DNA of 20,089 nt from Armatimonadota bacterium (GTDB lineage Bacteria; Armatimonadota; UBA5829; DTLH01): assembly GCA_039680575.1 (NCBI GenBank), contig JBDKSP010000032.1, forward strand, positions 1 through 20,089, given 5' to 3'. The number at the start of each line of letters is the position of its first letter. Position 1 is the first letter of the stretch. Positions 1-7,804 of this stretch are shown in pieces. A model generated the notes under the pieces. That model made no database searches. It was not told the origin of the DNA and worked only from the letters and a program-made list of their open reading frames with translations. Both the position numbers and the translations under genes were made by a program.

Positions 1-2
1 CT

Positions 3-590
3 GCCAAATGCCGCTTTTCTTTGGGCAAAACTACGGTCAACAAGATTCTGGAAAATGCCCAGCTTGACTTGAATAGCAACTGGTGGCGCGTCGGCAATGT
101 CATTGAACTGAGAGACAGGATGTGGCTTAAGAAGCGCAGCCTTCAAATTCCTGAGGAATGGCTTGATAGATGGAGAGCTGACCTGAAAGACAGTGACGGC
201 TTGAGCCTGGAGACAGTTGCGGAAATATGCACACTGAGCCAGCCGCAGTATGATGCAAATATTGCATGTGACGAGACTCTCAATAGTTCAAGTGCAATCA
301 GGCAAAACTATATAGCAAACAAAGATATTTTAGGCTTCTATGCCAGGCTTGATTCAAGATCTAGGAGACTGCTAACTACAAATAAAGGTCTGGATATTAG
401 TCAGTTACCGTTTGAGCTGCGCACTTTTGCATATACATTCACCCAGGATGCAAATCTACTGAAGAATGACATGAATTGTGTGCTCAAATTATCAAAAGAA
501 AACAACACAATAGAGGATAGAACAATTTATAGGTTTGTTTTTTACGGAGCTGATGGGCTGGAAGATATTACGTATCCTATTTACCTCTGA
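3..590 (+). CDS. Hypothetical protein, probably truncated at the 5' window edge
   Basis: The frame of ORF 21..590 is open back to base 3 and the TTG at 21 has no RBS. More AT-rich than neighbouring genes; no motif recognised. Confidence 0.7.
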   Translation, partial: AKCRFSLGKTTVNKILENAQLDLNSNWWRVGNVIELRDRMWLKKRSLQIPEEWLDRWRADLKDSDGLSLETVAEICTLSQPQYDANIACDETLNSSSAIRQNYIANKDILGFYARLDSRSRRLLTTNKGLDISQLPFELRTFAYTFTQDANLLKNDMNCVLKLSKENNTIEDRTIYRFVFYGADGLEDITYPIYL

Positions 591-607
591 AACAAGATCA
601 GTTAGTC

Positions 608-642
608 GGCATGTATCGGGGCTCTCCGTCCCGATACATGCC
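608..642. terminator. 13-bp perfect hairpin between convergent genes (terminator-like or REP-like)
   Basis: GGCATGTATCGGG(608-620) pairs with CCCGATACATGCC(630-642); no clear U-tract. Confidence 0.5.
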
Positions 643-650
643 AGAGAATG

Positions 651-1889
651 CTATTTCTTGATGAATTTCCAGAAGTTACCGCCGAAGAGGTCGGAAATAT
701 CTCGCCTGATCTCATCTTCCGTAATTTGCCAGCCTGTGGCGGCCAAATCGAAGTATTTCTCCGTCAAGACTTCGGCTATGACCTTCCGTGAGTGCGCCCA
801 TTTGTAGATTACCTGGTCGAGCACTCTTGCGTCCGAATGCTGCGGAATGACGCTCAGTCCCAGCATCTCGAACCTCGTCCGGGTCATATCTTCTATGATT
901 CCGGGGCTGTTCAAAAACCACCAGCATCCGAAAATCATCAGGTTTCGGAACTTTCTTGCTGCTATGCAGAGCTCGTGCTGGTTTTCGCGCGAGAGCATAG
1001 TGGCAAGGAACTTGACGTTCGGATAAGTGGAGCAGAGCCGCTCTATTGCCTGGACATTGCCCTTTCCGGCTGCGTCTCCGGCGAGCTTCAGGCTGGGGTT
1101 TACCTGCCTTCTTACGCCGATCATAACTGCAACCGGGATTTTGGTTTCTTCAGCAACAGGGATTACACACTCTGCAATGAGCCTTCCGCGTGCCGAGTCC
1201 TCAGGGAAGTCAAAGGTCGGAGGCAGCGAGACCGCCATATAGAGCGCGCCCATCCGGTCTATCCAGTCCTTGAGGAACCGGCGCACTTCCGTAACCGTCG
1301 AGCCCGTTACAGCTTCGCTGACGTCGTAACCCCAGCTTTTCATCATCGGGTATGCCGTCTCCCAGGAGTTCAGCATCACATCGAGCCGTAGGGCTGCGTG
1401 GAACCTGGGGTCGTCCTTCCGGCCGTTCATCCAGACTTTGCGCTCGGCATCGTCGAACGGGTCGTTTGTCATGACGGCGCTCGTTATTCCGGTCAGTTCG
1501 AAAGCCCGGTTTACGTATTCATCGGCATCTATTTTGCTGAAATACTCCCGGTAGGTATTGAGGTCGCGCGAAGAGACATCAAGCCCCAGGGATTCCAGTA
1601 TGGTCAGGACGCCGCGGCAGGACTCGCTTATGGGCGAGTGGTCGATGAACAGGACCTTCCAAACATGGTCGGCCTGCTGCTCTTTTGAAAGCGCCCAGAA
1701 TGCGTCATACGGCAAGTCGCTCCATCGCATCGCCTCTGCTACCAGGTAATGGTAGGTCAGAAGGTCGTCTATTCCCCAGAGGAGGAGCCCTCCGAAGTCC
1801 GGCGCGTAAAGGTGGGTGTGAATATCGGTGACTTTGGTCTCCGCCATCACCTTAAGCACCGTATTTTTGATTGTCTCTCTATCTTTCAT
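651..1889 (-). CDS. uxaC: Uronate (glucuronate) isomerase, Bacillus halodurans BH0493-type amidohydrolase fold
   Basis: Motifs TDIHTHL (HxH), LLTYHYLVAE, FGCWWF and QHSDARVLDQVIYKW. Start moved to ATG 1889 (MKDRET), which overlaps the upstream stop as ATGA. Confidence 0.88.
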   Translation of the reverse strand: MKDRETIKNTVLKVMAETKVTDIHTHLYAPDFGGLLLWGIDDLLTYHYLVAEAMRWSDLPYDAFWALSKEQQADHVWKVLFIDHSPISESCRGVLTILESLGLDVSSRDLNTYREYFSKIDADEYVNRAFELTGITSAVMTNDPFDDAERKVWMNGRKDDPRFHAALRLDVMLNSWETAYPMMKSWGYDVSEAVTGSTVTEVRRFLKDWIDRMGALYMAVSLPPTFDFPEDSARGRLIAECVIPVAEETKIPVAVMIGVRRQVNPSLKLAGDAAGKGNVQAIERLCSTYPNVKFLATMLSRENQHELCIAARKFRNLMIFGCWWFLNSPGIIEDMTRTRFEMLGLSVIPQHSDARVLDQVIYKWAHSRKVIAEVLTEKYFDLAATGWQITEDEIRRDISDLFGGNFWKFIKK

Positions 1890-3013
1890 TTCTGATTCCT
1901 GATAACTAACTTGAATGCGTCGCGTTCGCCCTGCGACTTGCTTATTTCGGCGAATACCTTCGGAACGTCGCACAGTTTGATTTCCGTCAGCCAGTGTTTC
2001 ACCTTGAACTTGCCGGATGCCAGCCAGGAGAGCGCCAGTGGGAAATCTTCGACCGCAAAGTTGCACGAAGTCGTTATTTTCCGCTCAGAGCCGAGCGACA
2101 TGAAGTTTACAGGGAATTCTTCATCGTGAACGGCCATATTGACGAGCGTTGCGGCCTTTCCGAGGAGCTTCACTCCGAGCGCGAAGCTATCTTTTGTGCC
2201 GATGCTGTCAAAAACGCTGCCGTAGCCTTCCGGCGCGAACCCGGCAAGCTCTTTTTGAAGCTCTTCCTGGGATTTTTCGCGTACATCGACTACATGATCG
2301 ATCCCGGTGCTCTTTGCCATATTGAGAGCGGTGTCCATCCTGTCCGTGATGACGACTTCGCTCGCTCCCATAGCCTTCGCGGCCTGCGCTATTCCGTTCC
2401 CCGCAGGACCGGCTCCCATAATAAGGACCGGCCTTCCGGGTGCGATATTTCCGTTCTTGGCGACATGGACGCATACCGCCAGAATATCCATCATAGAGGC
2501 TTCTTCGAAGCTGATATTTTCAGGAATTTCATAGCAGTTTGCTCCCCAGGAGGGGACGTACTGCGCGTAAGCGCCGGGATAGAACGGCTGCACTCCCCAG
2601 CCCTGTCCGTGACCCATGTGGACGGTCTTGGCGCAGAGTTCGTGCCGTCCGGCCTTGCAGTCCGAACATTCGCCGCACGTTTTTGAGCAGACCGGAGACA
2701 CCCGTTTACCCAGGAGATGGGCGTTTTTCTCGTCCACTACAGCTACGACCTTGCCCGCGAACTCGTGACCGAGCACGATATTCGGCGGATTGTCCATATG
2801 GCGGCCGAGCGTGTGCTGCGCCCAGGGGTTTTCGCCTGCATAATAGCGGAAATCCGACCCGCAAACTCCGCAGGAGTCGACTTCTACTAAAACCAGGTCG
2901 GGATCGCCGTAAGACTCTACCGGCCATACCGGAATTTCCCTGTATGTAAGGGTGTTCGGTTTCTCAAGCACTACGGCTTTCATACTGGATGGAATGTTGT
3001 TTGATGTAATCAT
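1886..3013 (-). CDS. Zinc-dependent medium-chain alcohol/polyol dehydrogenase
   Basis: GVCGSD, LGHE, structural Zn motif CGECSDC...C and GAGPAG Rossmann motif. Confidence 0.9.
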   Translation of the reverse strand: MITSNNIPSSMKAVVLEKPNTLTYREIPVWPVESYGDPDLVLVEVDSCGVCGSDFRYYAGENPWAQHTLGRHMDNPPNIVLGHEFAGKVVAVVDEKNAHLLGKRVSPVCSKTCGECSDCKAGRHELCAKTVHMGHGQGWGVQPFYPGAYAQYVPSWGANCYEIPENISFEEASMMDILAVCVHVAKNGNIAPGRPVLIMGAGPAGNGIAQAAKAMGASEVVITDRMDTALNMAKSTGIDHVVDVREKSQEELQKELAGFAPEGYGSVFDSIGTKDSFALGVKLLGKAATLVNMAVHDEEFPVNFMSLGSERKITTSCNFAVEDFPLALSWLASGKFKVKHWLTEIKLCDVPKVFAEISKSQGERDAFKLVIRNQK

Positions 3014-3016
3014 TAT

Positions 3017-3838
3017 TTAAACTCCCGAAAATGCGGAGAACCCGCCGTCTATCGGCACGACGATCCCCGTAACGAACTTCGACGCATCAGAGGCAAGCCA
3101 GATAATCGTGCCGTTTAGGTCCGACGGCTCACCGAATCGCCCCATAGGTGTGTGTCCGATAATGCTCTGCCCACGGGCGGTCAGTTCACCGGAGTCTTTG
3201 TCCGTCAGGAGGAACCTGTTTTGCTCTGTCAGAAAGAATCCCGGCGCGATGGCGTTGACCCGAAGGTTGGTGTGCCCGCTCTGCGCGAGGCATACGGCCA
3301 GCCACTGGGTGAAGTTGCTGACTGCAGCCTTCGCCGCCGAATAGCCGACTACCCATGTGAGCGGTCGGAACGCGTTCATGGATGATATGTTGATTATCGC
3401 GCCGCCGTTTGGCTGCGCGGACATGCATTTGCCGAAAACCTGTGAGGGAAGGATCGCTCCGCCGAACAGATTGAGGTCTACGACGCTTCGAAGAGCGTCT
3501 GCCGGCGCATTGAAGAAACCCTCGGCATCATAGCAGGTGGCATCAGGCCGGTTGCCGCCGACAGCGTTGATAAGAATGTCGATCGTTCCAAACTTTTGAG
3601 TAATGAGTCCGCAAGTCTCTTCAAGAGACTCCTTGCTCATTGCATTTACTTCGTATCCAGATGCTTTCGCACCGGCTGCAGTAATCTTATTGACGGTAGA
3701 CTCCACCCGTTCCTTTGACATGTCGCATACCACTACGGTCGCGCCTGCACCGGCGAGTCCTTCCGAAATAGATGTCCCCAGGACACCTGCTCCGCCAAGA
3801 ACAACGGCTGTCTTGCCGCCGAGAGAGAATAAATCCAT
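3017..3838 (-). CDS. SDR oxidoreductase, D-mannonate oxidoreductase (UxuB-type SDR)-like
   Basis: GGAGVLG, NISSM, YSAAK and NAIAPGFFLTEQNR, with C-terminal DGGFSAFSGV; co-oriented with uxaC. Confidence 0.85.
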   Translation of the reverse strand: MDLFSLGGKTAVVLGGAGVLGTSISEGLAGAGATVVVCDMSKERVESTVNKITAAGAKASGYEVNAMSKESLEETCGLITQKFGTIDILINAVGGNRPDATCYDAEGFFNAPADALRSVVDLNLFGGAILPSQVFGKCMSAQPNGGAIINISSMNAFRPLTWVVGYSAAKAAVSNFTQWLAVCLAQSGHTNLRVNAIAPGFFLTEQNRFLLTDKDSGELTARGQSIIGHTPMGRFGEPSDLNGTIIWLASDASKFVTGIVVPIDGGFSAFSGV

Positions 3839-4003
3839 ACCAATATCAGCCTCATTTCCAGTTTTGCAGCACAGCCTGCACTGCCTATTACTACTTAGCC
3901 ATTCTAGGCCATATTGCCTCCCAAGTATAGGGGCTTATTCGTAAAATTCGCATTTCTTCTGCCCGCTAAGCTGCCGTTTAATGTCAAAATTATGGATTGC
4001 CAC

Positions 4004-4032
4004 TTGACAGACCAGCATTTAGTTCATATATT
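4004..4032 (+). promoter_or_regulatory. Sigma70-type promoter for the 4081 gene
   Basis: TTGACA(4004-4009)-N17-TATATT(4027-4032), with RBS AAGGAG before ATG 4081. Confidence 0.6.
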
Positions 4033-4080
4033 GCATATGTAATGGTACACAATACCTCACCGTCAAAGGAGTCTGTGATA

Positions 4081-4521
4081 ATGAAGAGAAATCTCGTGTT
4101 AGCAGCAGTTTTACTCGGTATTTTCCTGCTTGTTCTTCCATCTCAATCAGCTGCCATATTCGTCAAGGCCGATGGAGATGATTCTCTGAATGGATTAAGC
4201 TGGGAAAACGCAAAAAAGACTGTGCAGGCAGGGATAAACGCTGCTGTATCTGGTGATCAGGTATGGGTCAAGTCAGGGATTTATATTGGATGTATCACCC
4301 ATAAGAGCGGTGTCGGTCTCTACGGGGGGTTCCTGGGAACCGATGGAGAGACAGTTGCAACTAGAAACTATAAGACAAATATAACTGTTCTTGACGGCAA
4401 TCAGGCCGGGAATGTCATTACAGTTCCACAATATGCCTCCAGTTCGACCATCATCGATGGATTTACCATCAGAAACGGGGTAGAGGTTAGTTCAGTCTTA
4501 GGAAAATATAGCTCAATTTGA
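4081..4521 (+). pseudogene. Secreted DUF1565/pectin-lyase-like beta-helix protein, 3'-truncated at about 4479 by an IS remnant
   Basis: Signal peptide MKRNLVLAAVLLG..., then IFVKADGDDSLNGLSWENAKKTVQAGI, GDQVWVKSGIY, LYGGFLG and IDGFTIRNG. An unrelated short tail follows and no continuation appears after 5212. Confidence 0.7.
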
Positions 4522-4552
4522 GCGTGAAACCTCCCATGCCGATAATAAGAGT

Positions 4553-4882
4553 ATGGGAGATGAGAGTAGTCTGTTAAGGACAATCATAGCTGAGCATTGG
4601 GATGCTCTGAAGCCGATTCTGAGTCGTTTTGTTCCCAAAGATGTCGAAAGTGCTGTTGTGAGCGCGGTGGAGAAGATGCTTCGATGCGGGACCGAAGCTA
4701 ACGGTTTCGCCCAGTTCAGGTGTCCCGACTGCGGTCACAAGCTTTCTGGTGGTTGGGTTGTTTCTAAGCGACAGACGATCGAAGTTCCAGAGACTCCAAT
4801 TGAGATAACCGACCACATAACCATCGCTCGCGTGCGGGTGCTGTGTCATCGAAGTTGCTATCGATTGCTGAGCCTTATGTGA
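4553..4882 (+). pseudogene. Transposase fragment: IS91-family Zn-binding N-terminus joined to an IS66 zinc-finger region
   Basis: LRTIIAEHWD...VEKMLRCGT..GFAQFRCPDCGH is IS91-like; KLSGGWVVSKRQTIEVPETPIEITDH is zf-IS66-like. Confidence 0.65.
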
Positions 4883-5184
4883 AGAACGATTCAGCGCCAC
4901 AACGCGTGCTTGCGGAAAGAATCGACAGGTATCTGGGAGAACTCTTTACGTTCGTAGGATACCACGGATGTCCGTCCGGCAACAACGCAGCCGAGCGCGC
5001 GATAAGACCGGCGGTGATTGCACGAAAAGTAAGTGGCGGCACCCGTTCCGAAAACGGCTCGACAACCAGAACGGCTCTGATGAGTCTGTTCGGCACCTGG
5101 ACACTTCAGGGCAAGGATTTGCTCAAAGCCTGCAGCGACATGATAATCCGCTCCCAAATGACGACTGCAATCTGCACCCAGTAA
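4843..5184 (+). pseudogene. IS66-family transposase C-terminal fragment
   Basis: LFTFV...NNAAERAIRPAVIARKVSGGTRSENG...LMSLFGTWTLQG. Confidence 0.85.
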
Positions 5185-5220
5185 ATCGTACTCAGTAAGA
5201 GTGAACTCTTACCTGCTCTC

Positions 5221-5249
5221 TTTACTCAACCCCGGCAGAATGCTAAACT
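5221..5249 (+). promoter_or_regulatory. Putative sigma70 promoter with extended -10
   Basis: TTTACT(5221-5226)-N17-TAAACT(5244-5249) preceded by TG-C; RBS GGAGG before TTG 5282. Confidence 0.45.
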
Positions 5250-5281
5250 TTTAATGGCATAGTTTCTCGGGAGGGACTTTT

Positions 5282-6019
5282 TTGATCTTGCAAACCAATC
5301 ATCGCTCTAATACCGGCTCGGTCAAGTTTGCGTTTCTGCTGCTCATTGCAGTGGCGGCAGTCGCTGTCTCTTACGCAGGTAAGTCCGGTCCAGCCCATGA
5401 CAAACATATAAAGATCGTCAATCTGGATATTAACGATAAAATCGAGATCAAACCTGCGCTTGCGGCAAACGGACAGGAGTCATTCGACTCCGCAATGAAG
5501 CGGATACGCCCATTTGCCGCCATCAACGGGACTTATTACGATAAGCGGATGAGGCCGCTTGGCGATATAGTCATCGGCGGCAAACTGGTCAACCGCGGGA
5601 GCCAGCGGAATGCTATAGCGGTCACAAAAAGCGGCAGGGTGGAGTTCATTCGCAGGGGAAAATCGCGGTTCAAATGGTCCGGCTACAGCGCGGGGCTCGC
5701 CGCAGGACCGAGACTTGTACACGAAGGCAAGATTGCGCTCGATCCTGTCTCTGATGGGTTTACAAAAAGAAGCCTTACCGTCACAGCGTGGCGCGCGGGT
5801 GTCGGGAAGACCGCTGATAACGAGTTGCTGCTGGTGGTGGCTGAAAAGTCGATAACGCTGAAGCAGTTTGCCGATATTATGCTGGAACTGGGAGCCGTGG
5901 AAGCTATGAACCTGGACGGCGGCGGAGCCTGCGCGCTCTACAAAGACGGTAAGTACCTTTCCAAACCGCTTTTGCCTATGACCAATATGTTGATCATAAA
6001 AAAGAAGCCCCTCAAATAA
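5282..6019 (+). CDS. Phosphodiester glycosidase (NAGPA-domain) family protein, membrane-anchored or secreted
   Basis: AAINGTYY, AGPRLV, RAGVG and AMNLDGGG motifs; N-terminal hydrophobic segment. Confidence 0.85.
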   Translation: MILQTNHRSNTGSVKFAFLLLIAVAAVAVSYAGKSGPAHDKHIKIVNLDINDKIEIKPALAANGQESFDSAMKRIRPFAAINGTYYDKRMRPLGDIVIGGKLVNRGSQRNAIAVTKSGRVEFIRRGKSRFKWSGYSAGLAAGPRLVHEGKIALDPVSDGFTKRSLTVTAWRAGVGKTADNELLLVVAEKSITLKQFADIMLELGAVEAMNLDGGGACALYKDGKYLSKPLLPMTNMLIIKKKPLK

Positions 6020-6036
6020 TTATCCGTACATAAATT

Positions 6037-6064
6037 AAGGGCAGGGAGAAACCTCCCCGCCCTT
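6037..6064 (-). terminator. Intrinsic terminator hairpin between convergent genes
   Basis: Minus strand AAGGGCGGGGAG-GTTT-CTCCCTGCCCTT (12 bp, one G-U) followed by AT-rich sequence. Confidence 0.65.
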
Positions 6065-6077
6065 TGGTTTCATAAGC

Positions 6078-6278
6078 TTACCAGCGATCTCGTCGGTCGC
6101 TGCCGCCGAATCCACCACCGCCACCGCGATCATTCTTCTGCGCTTTGCGAACGTCGCGGCACGATTTACATCGGATCGGCTCACTGAAACCGCGCTCTGT
6201 GAAGAATTCCTGCTCACCAGCAGTAAATACGAATTCACCACCACAGTCGCGACAAACCAGTGTCTTGTCCTGGGCCAC
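6078..6278 (-). CDS. Small zinc-ribbon protein (zf-trcl-like), 66 aa, with Gly/Arg-rich tail
   Basis: DKTLVCRDCGGEFVFTAGEQEFFTERGFSEPIRCKSCR. GTG 6278 is preceded by a GGGGG RBS. Confidence 0.88.
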   Translation of the reverse strand: MAQDKTLVCRDCGGEFVFTAGEQEFFTERGFSEPIRCKSCRDVRKAQKNDRGGGGGFGGSDRRDRW

Positions 6279-6308
6279 TTGCTTACCCCCCAATACTTTT
6301 TAATAAAT

Positions 6309-6436
6309 AACTGTGGATCTCAGACTGGTTCAGAATGGGGGATGGTTAGTGTACCCTCAGGGACGTCTTTACCTTCCAATTCTTGTGTCTGAGCCTGGGG
6401 CCAATCGACCGTCGCCTTCCAGGACACCCAGCAGTC
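6309..6436 (-). ncRNA. Candidate structured 5'-leader RNA (three-way junction)
   Basis: Nested pairings GACUG-UGGGU/AUCCA-CAGUU, CCUGG/CCAGG and CUCAGAC/GUCUGAG, plus inner AGAAU/AUUCU and GGU/ACC. It starts just downstream of TATAAT. Confidence 0.5.
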
Positions 6437-6442
6437 ATAAGT

Positions 6443-6470
6443 ATTATACCGCATATAACCAGGTTTCAAA
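6443..6470 (-). promoter_or_regulatory. Sigma70 promoter of the zinc-ribbon gene
   Basis: Perfect TATAAT (6448..6443) with (T)TTGAAA 15-16 nt upstream. Confidence 0.6.
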
Positions 6471-6532
6471 AGGAAAAACTTCAAATATTGTAAAAAATTG
6501 AGCTTTTTGCGTGTTACAGCTCAATCTCCAGC

Positions 6533-7606
6533 TTAAAAATGGAGCCGATAAGGTATATATGTGCAGTAAGGTTCCTCTGCCAGGTAGCTACCCGCTTCAG
6601 CGTAAGCGCGCGCCCTGCATCCGCCGCAGACAGATTTAAATTCGCAGAGCCCGCATTTCCCTTCAAGCAGCGATTCATCTCTCAGTGCTTGGAACAGCTC
6701 GGAATCCTTCCAAATTTCGGGGAAAGAAGTCTCGCGGATATTCCCGGCAAGCGCGGGGAGATAGCCGCACGGGTACACATCCCCTTTATGCGAGACAAAA
6801 CAGACAGCCGTACCCGCAAGGCAGCCTTTGGTCATCGCTTCGAACCCGTGAGTCTCCGGTGTGATCTTGATCCCTTCTTCCGCCGCGCGCTGGCGCATGA
6901 TACGGAAGTAATGAGGAGCGCAGGTCGCTTTGAGCTTGACCGGCGAGTCTTTGGACCTGTCATAGAGCCAGTTAAGAGTCTCTTCATACTGGCCGGGGGT
7001 TATCATCTCCTCTCCGGCTATCTCTTTACCGCACCCGGTCGGGACGAGTAGAAATATATGGAGGGCAACCGCGCCCAGCCTTACCGCCAGGTCCAGAACA
7101 TCCGGCAATTCGGCAAGGTTCTGCCTCGTGACCGACGTATTTATCTGAAACGGGATGCCTTCGGCCTTGATGTGCTCGATACCTCTCAGTGCTCCGTCGA
7201 ACGCCCCGCTCTGGCGGCGGAACCTGTCATGACTTACGGCTGATGCGCCGTCTATGCTCACGCTTATCCGCTGGACTCCAGACTCTTTCATCCGATGCGC
7301 GGTATCGCGAGTCACTAGAGTCCCGTTCGTCGCGAGTACCATCCTGAGCCCGAGTGATGTGCCGTAATTAGCGATCTCGAAGATGTCTTCCCGCACAAGC
7401 GGCTCTCCGCCCGAAAGGACTACGACAGGCCGGGCGAACGATGCTATGGAGTCGAGCAGTACGAAGGACTCTCCGGCTGTGAGTTCGTCCGGCGGACGGG
7501 AATCGACAGCCGATGCCCGGCAGTGGATACATTTCAGGTTGCAGGCAGCAGTAGTCTCCCAGAAGACAAGCCTGGGAATAAAATCTCGATGTTCGATGTG
7601 CTTCAT
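6533..7606 (-). CDS. ahbD: Radical SAM/SPASM protein, heme b synthase AhbD-like (AhbC/AhbD/NirJ family)
   Basis: LVFWETTAACNLKCIHC (CxxxCxxC), SGGEP, LKATCAPHYFR, GCLAG...PCGY and SPASM cysteines CGLC...CGGCRARA...C. Confidence 0.75.
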   Translation of the reverse strand: MKHIEHRDFIPRLVFWETTAACNLKCIHCRASAVDSRPPDELTAGESFVLLDSIASFARPVVVLSGGEPLVREDIFEIANYGTSLGLRMVLATNGTLVTRDTAHRMKESGVQRISVSIDGASAVSHDRFRRQSGAFDGALRGIEHIKAEGIPFQINTSVTRQNLAELPDVLDLAVRLGAVALHIFLLVPTGCGKEIAGEEMITPGQYEETLNWLYDRSKDSPVKLKATCAPHYFRIMRQRAAEEGIKITPETHGFEAMTKGCLAGTAVCFVSHKGDVYPCGYLPALAGNIRETSFPEIWKDSELFQALRDESLLEGKCGLCEFKSVCGGCRARAYAEAGSYLAEEPYCTYIPYRLHF

Positions 7607-7804
7607 TGCTACAGTTTACCCAAGTCAGGAGCATTGTTCAACTCGTTCCTTCCCCTCGTCCTGTCCTCGACGAGTGAGATCAGCGGGAACATGTCGTTGT
7701 AGTGCTTCTGGATGAATATATATATCAAATCACATTGAATCTACACGTAAAACGATAGATCCTCTACATAGAATACCAGTAGAACCAGATAATAAATCTC
7801 GATA

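Larger units (their letters stand above)
4480..5212 (+). mobile_element. Degenerate chimeric IS remnant: IS91-like 5' part plus IS66 (ISBst12-like) internal and 3' parts with right inverted repeat
   Basis: Transposase fragments at 4553-4882 and 4843-5184. The right end GAGTGAACTCTTAC(5199-5212) reads GTAAGAGTTCACTC in reverse complement, an IS66-type terminus. The left boundary is inferred from where the upstream gene breaks. Confidence 0.7.

Noticed and set aside
1890..2066. N-terminal extension of the 471-aa uxaC ORF
   Set aside because: It overlaps the Zn-dehydrogenase gene in another frame; the ATGA-coupled start at 1889 fits the family better.
535..3944. Plus-strand and alternate-frame ORFs over the hexuronate operon (e.g. 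792..1391, 1994..2686)
   Set aside because: Shadow ORFs of well-supported genes with no recognisable motifs.
6313..6501. 62-aa plus-strand ORF
   Set aside because: Antisense to the promoter and leader of the zinc-ribbon gene, with no RBS and no motif.
7620..7716. SAM-I or other riboswitch upstream of the radical SAM gene
   Set aside because: The minus strand starts ATCCAGA but lacks the GCAACC and GTGC core and a closing P1; the region looks coding-like instead.
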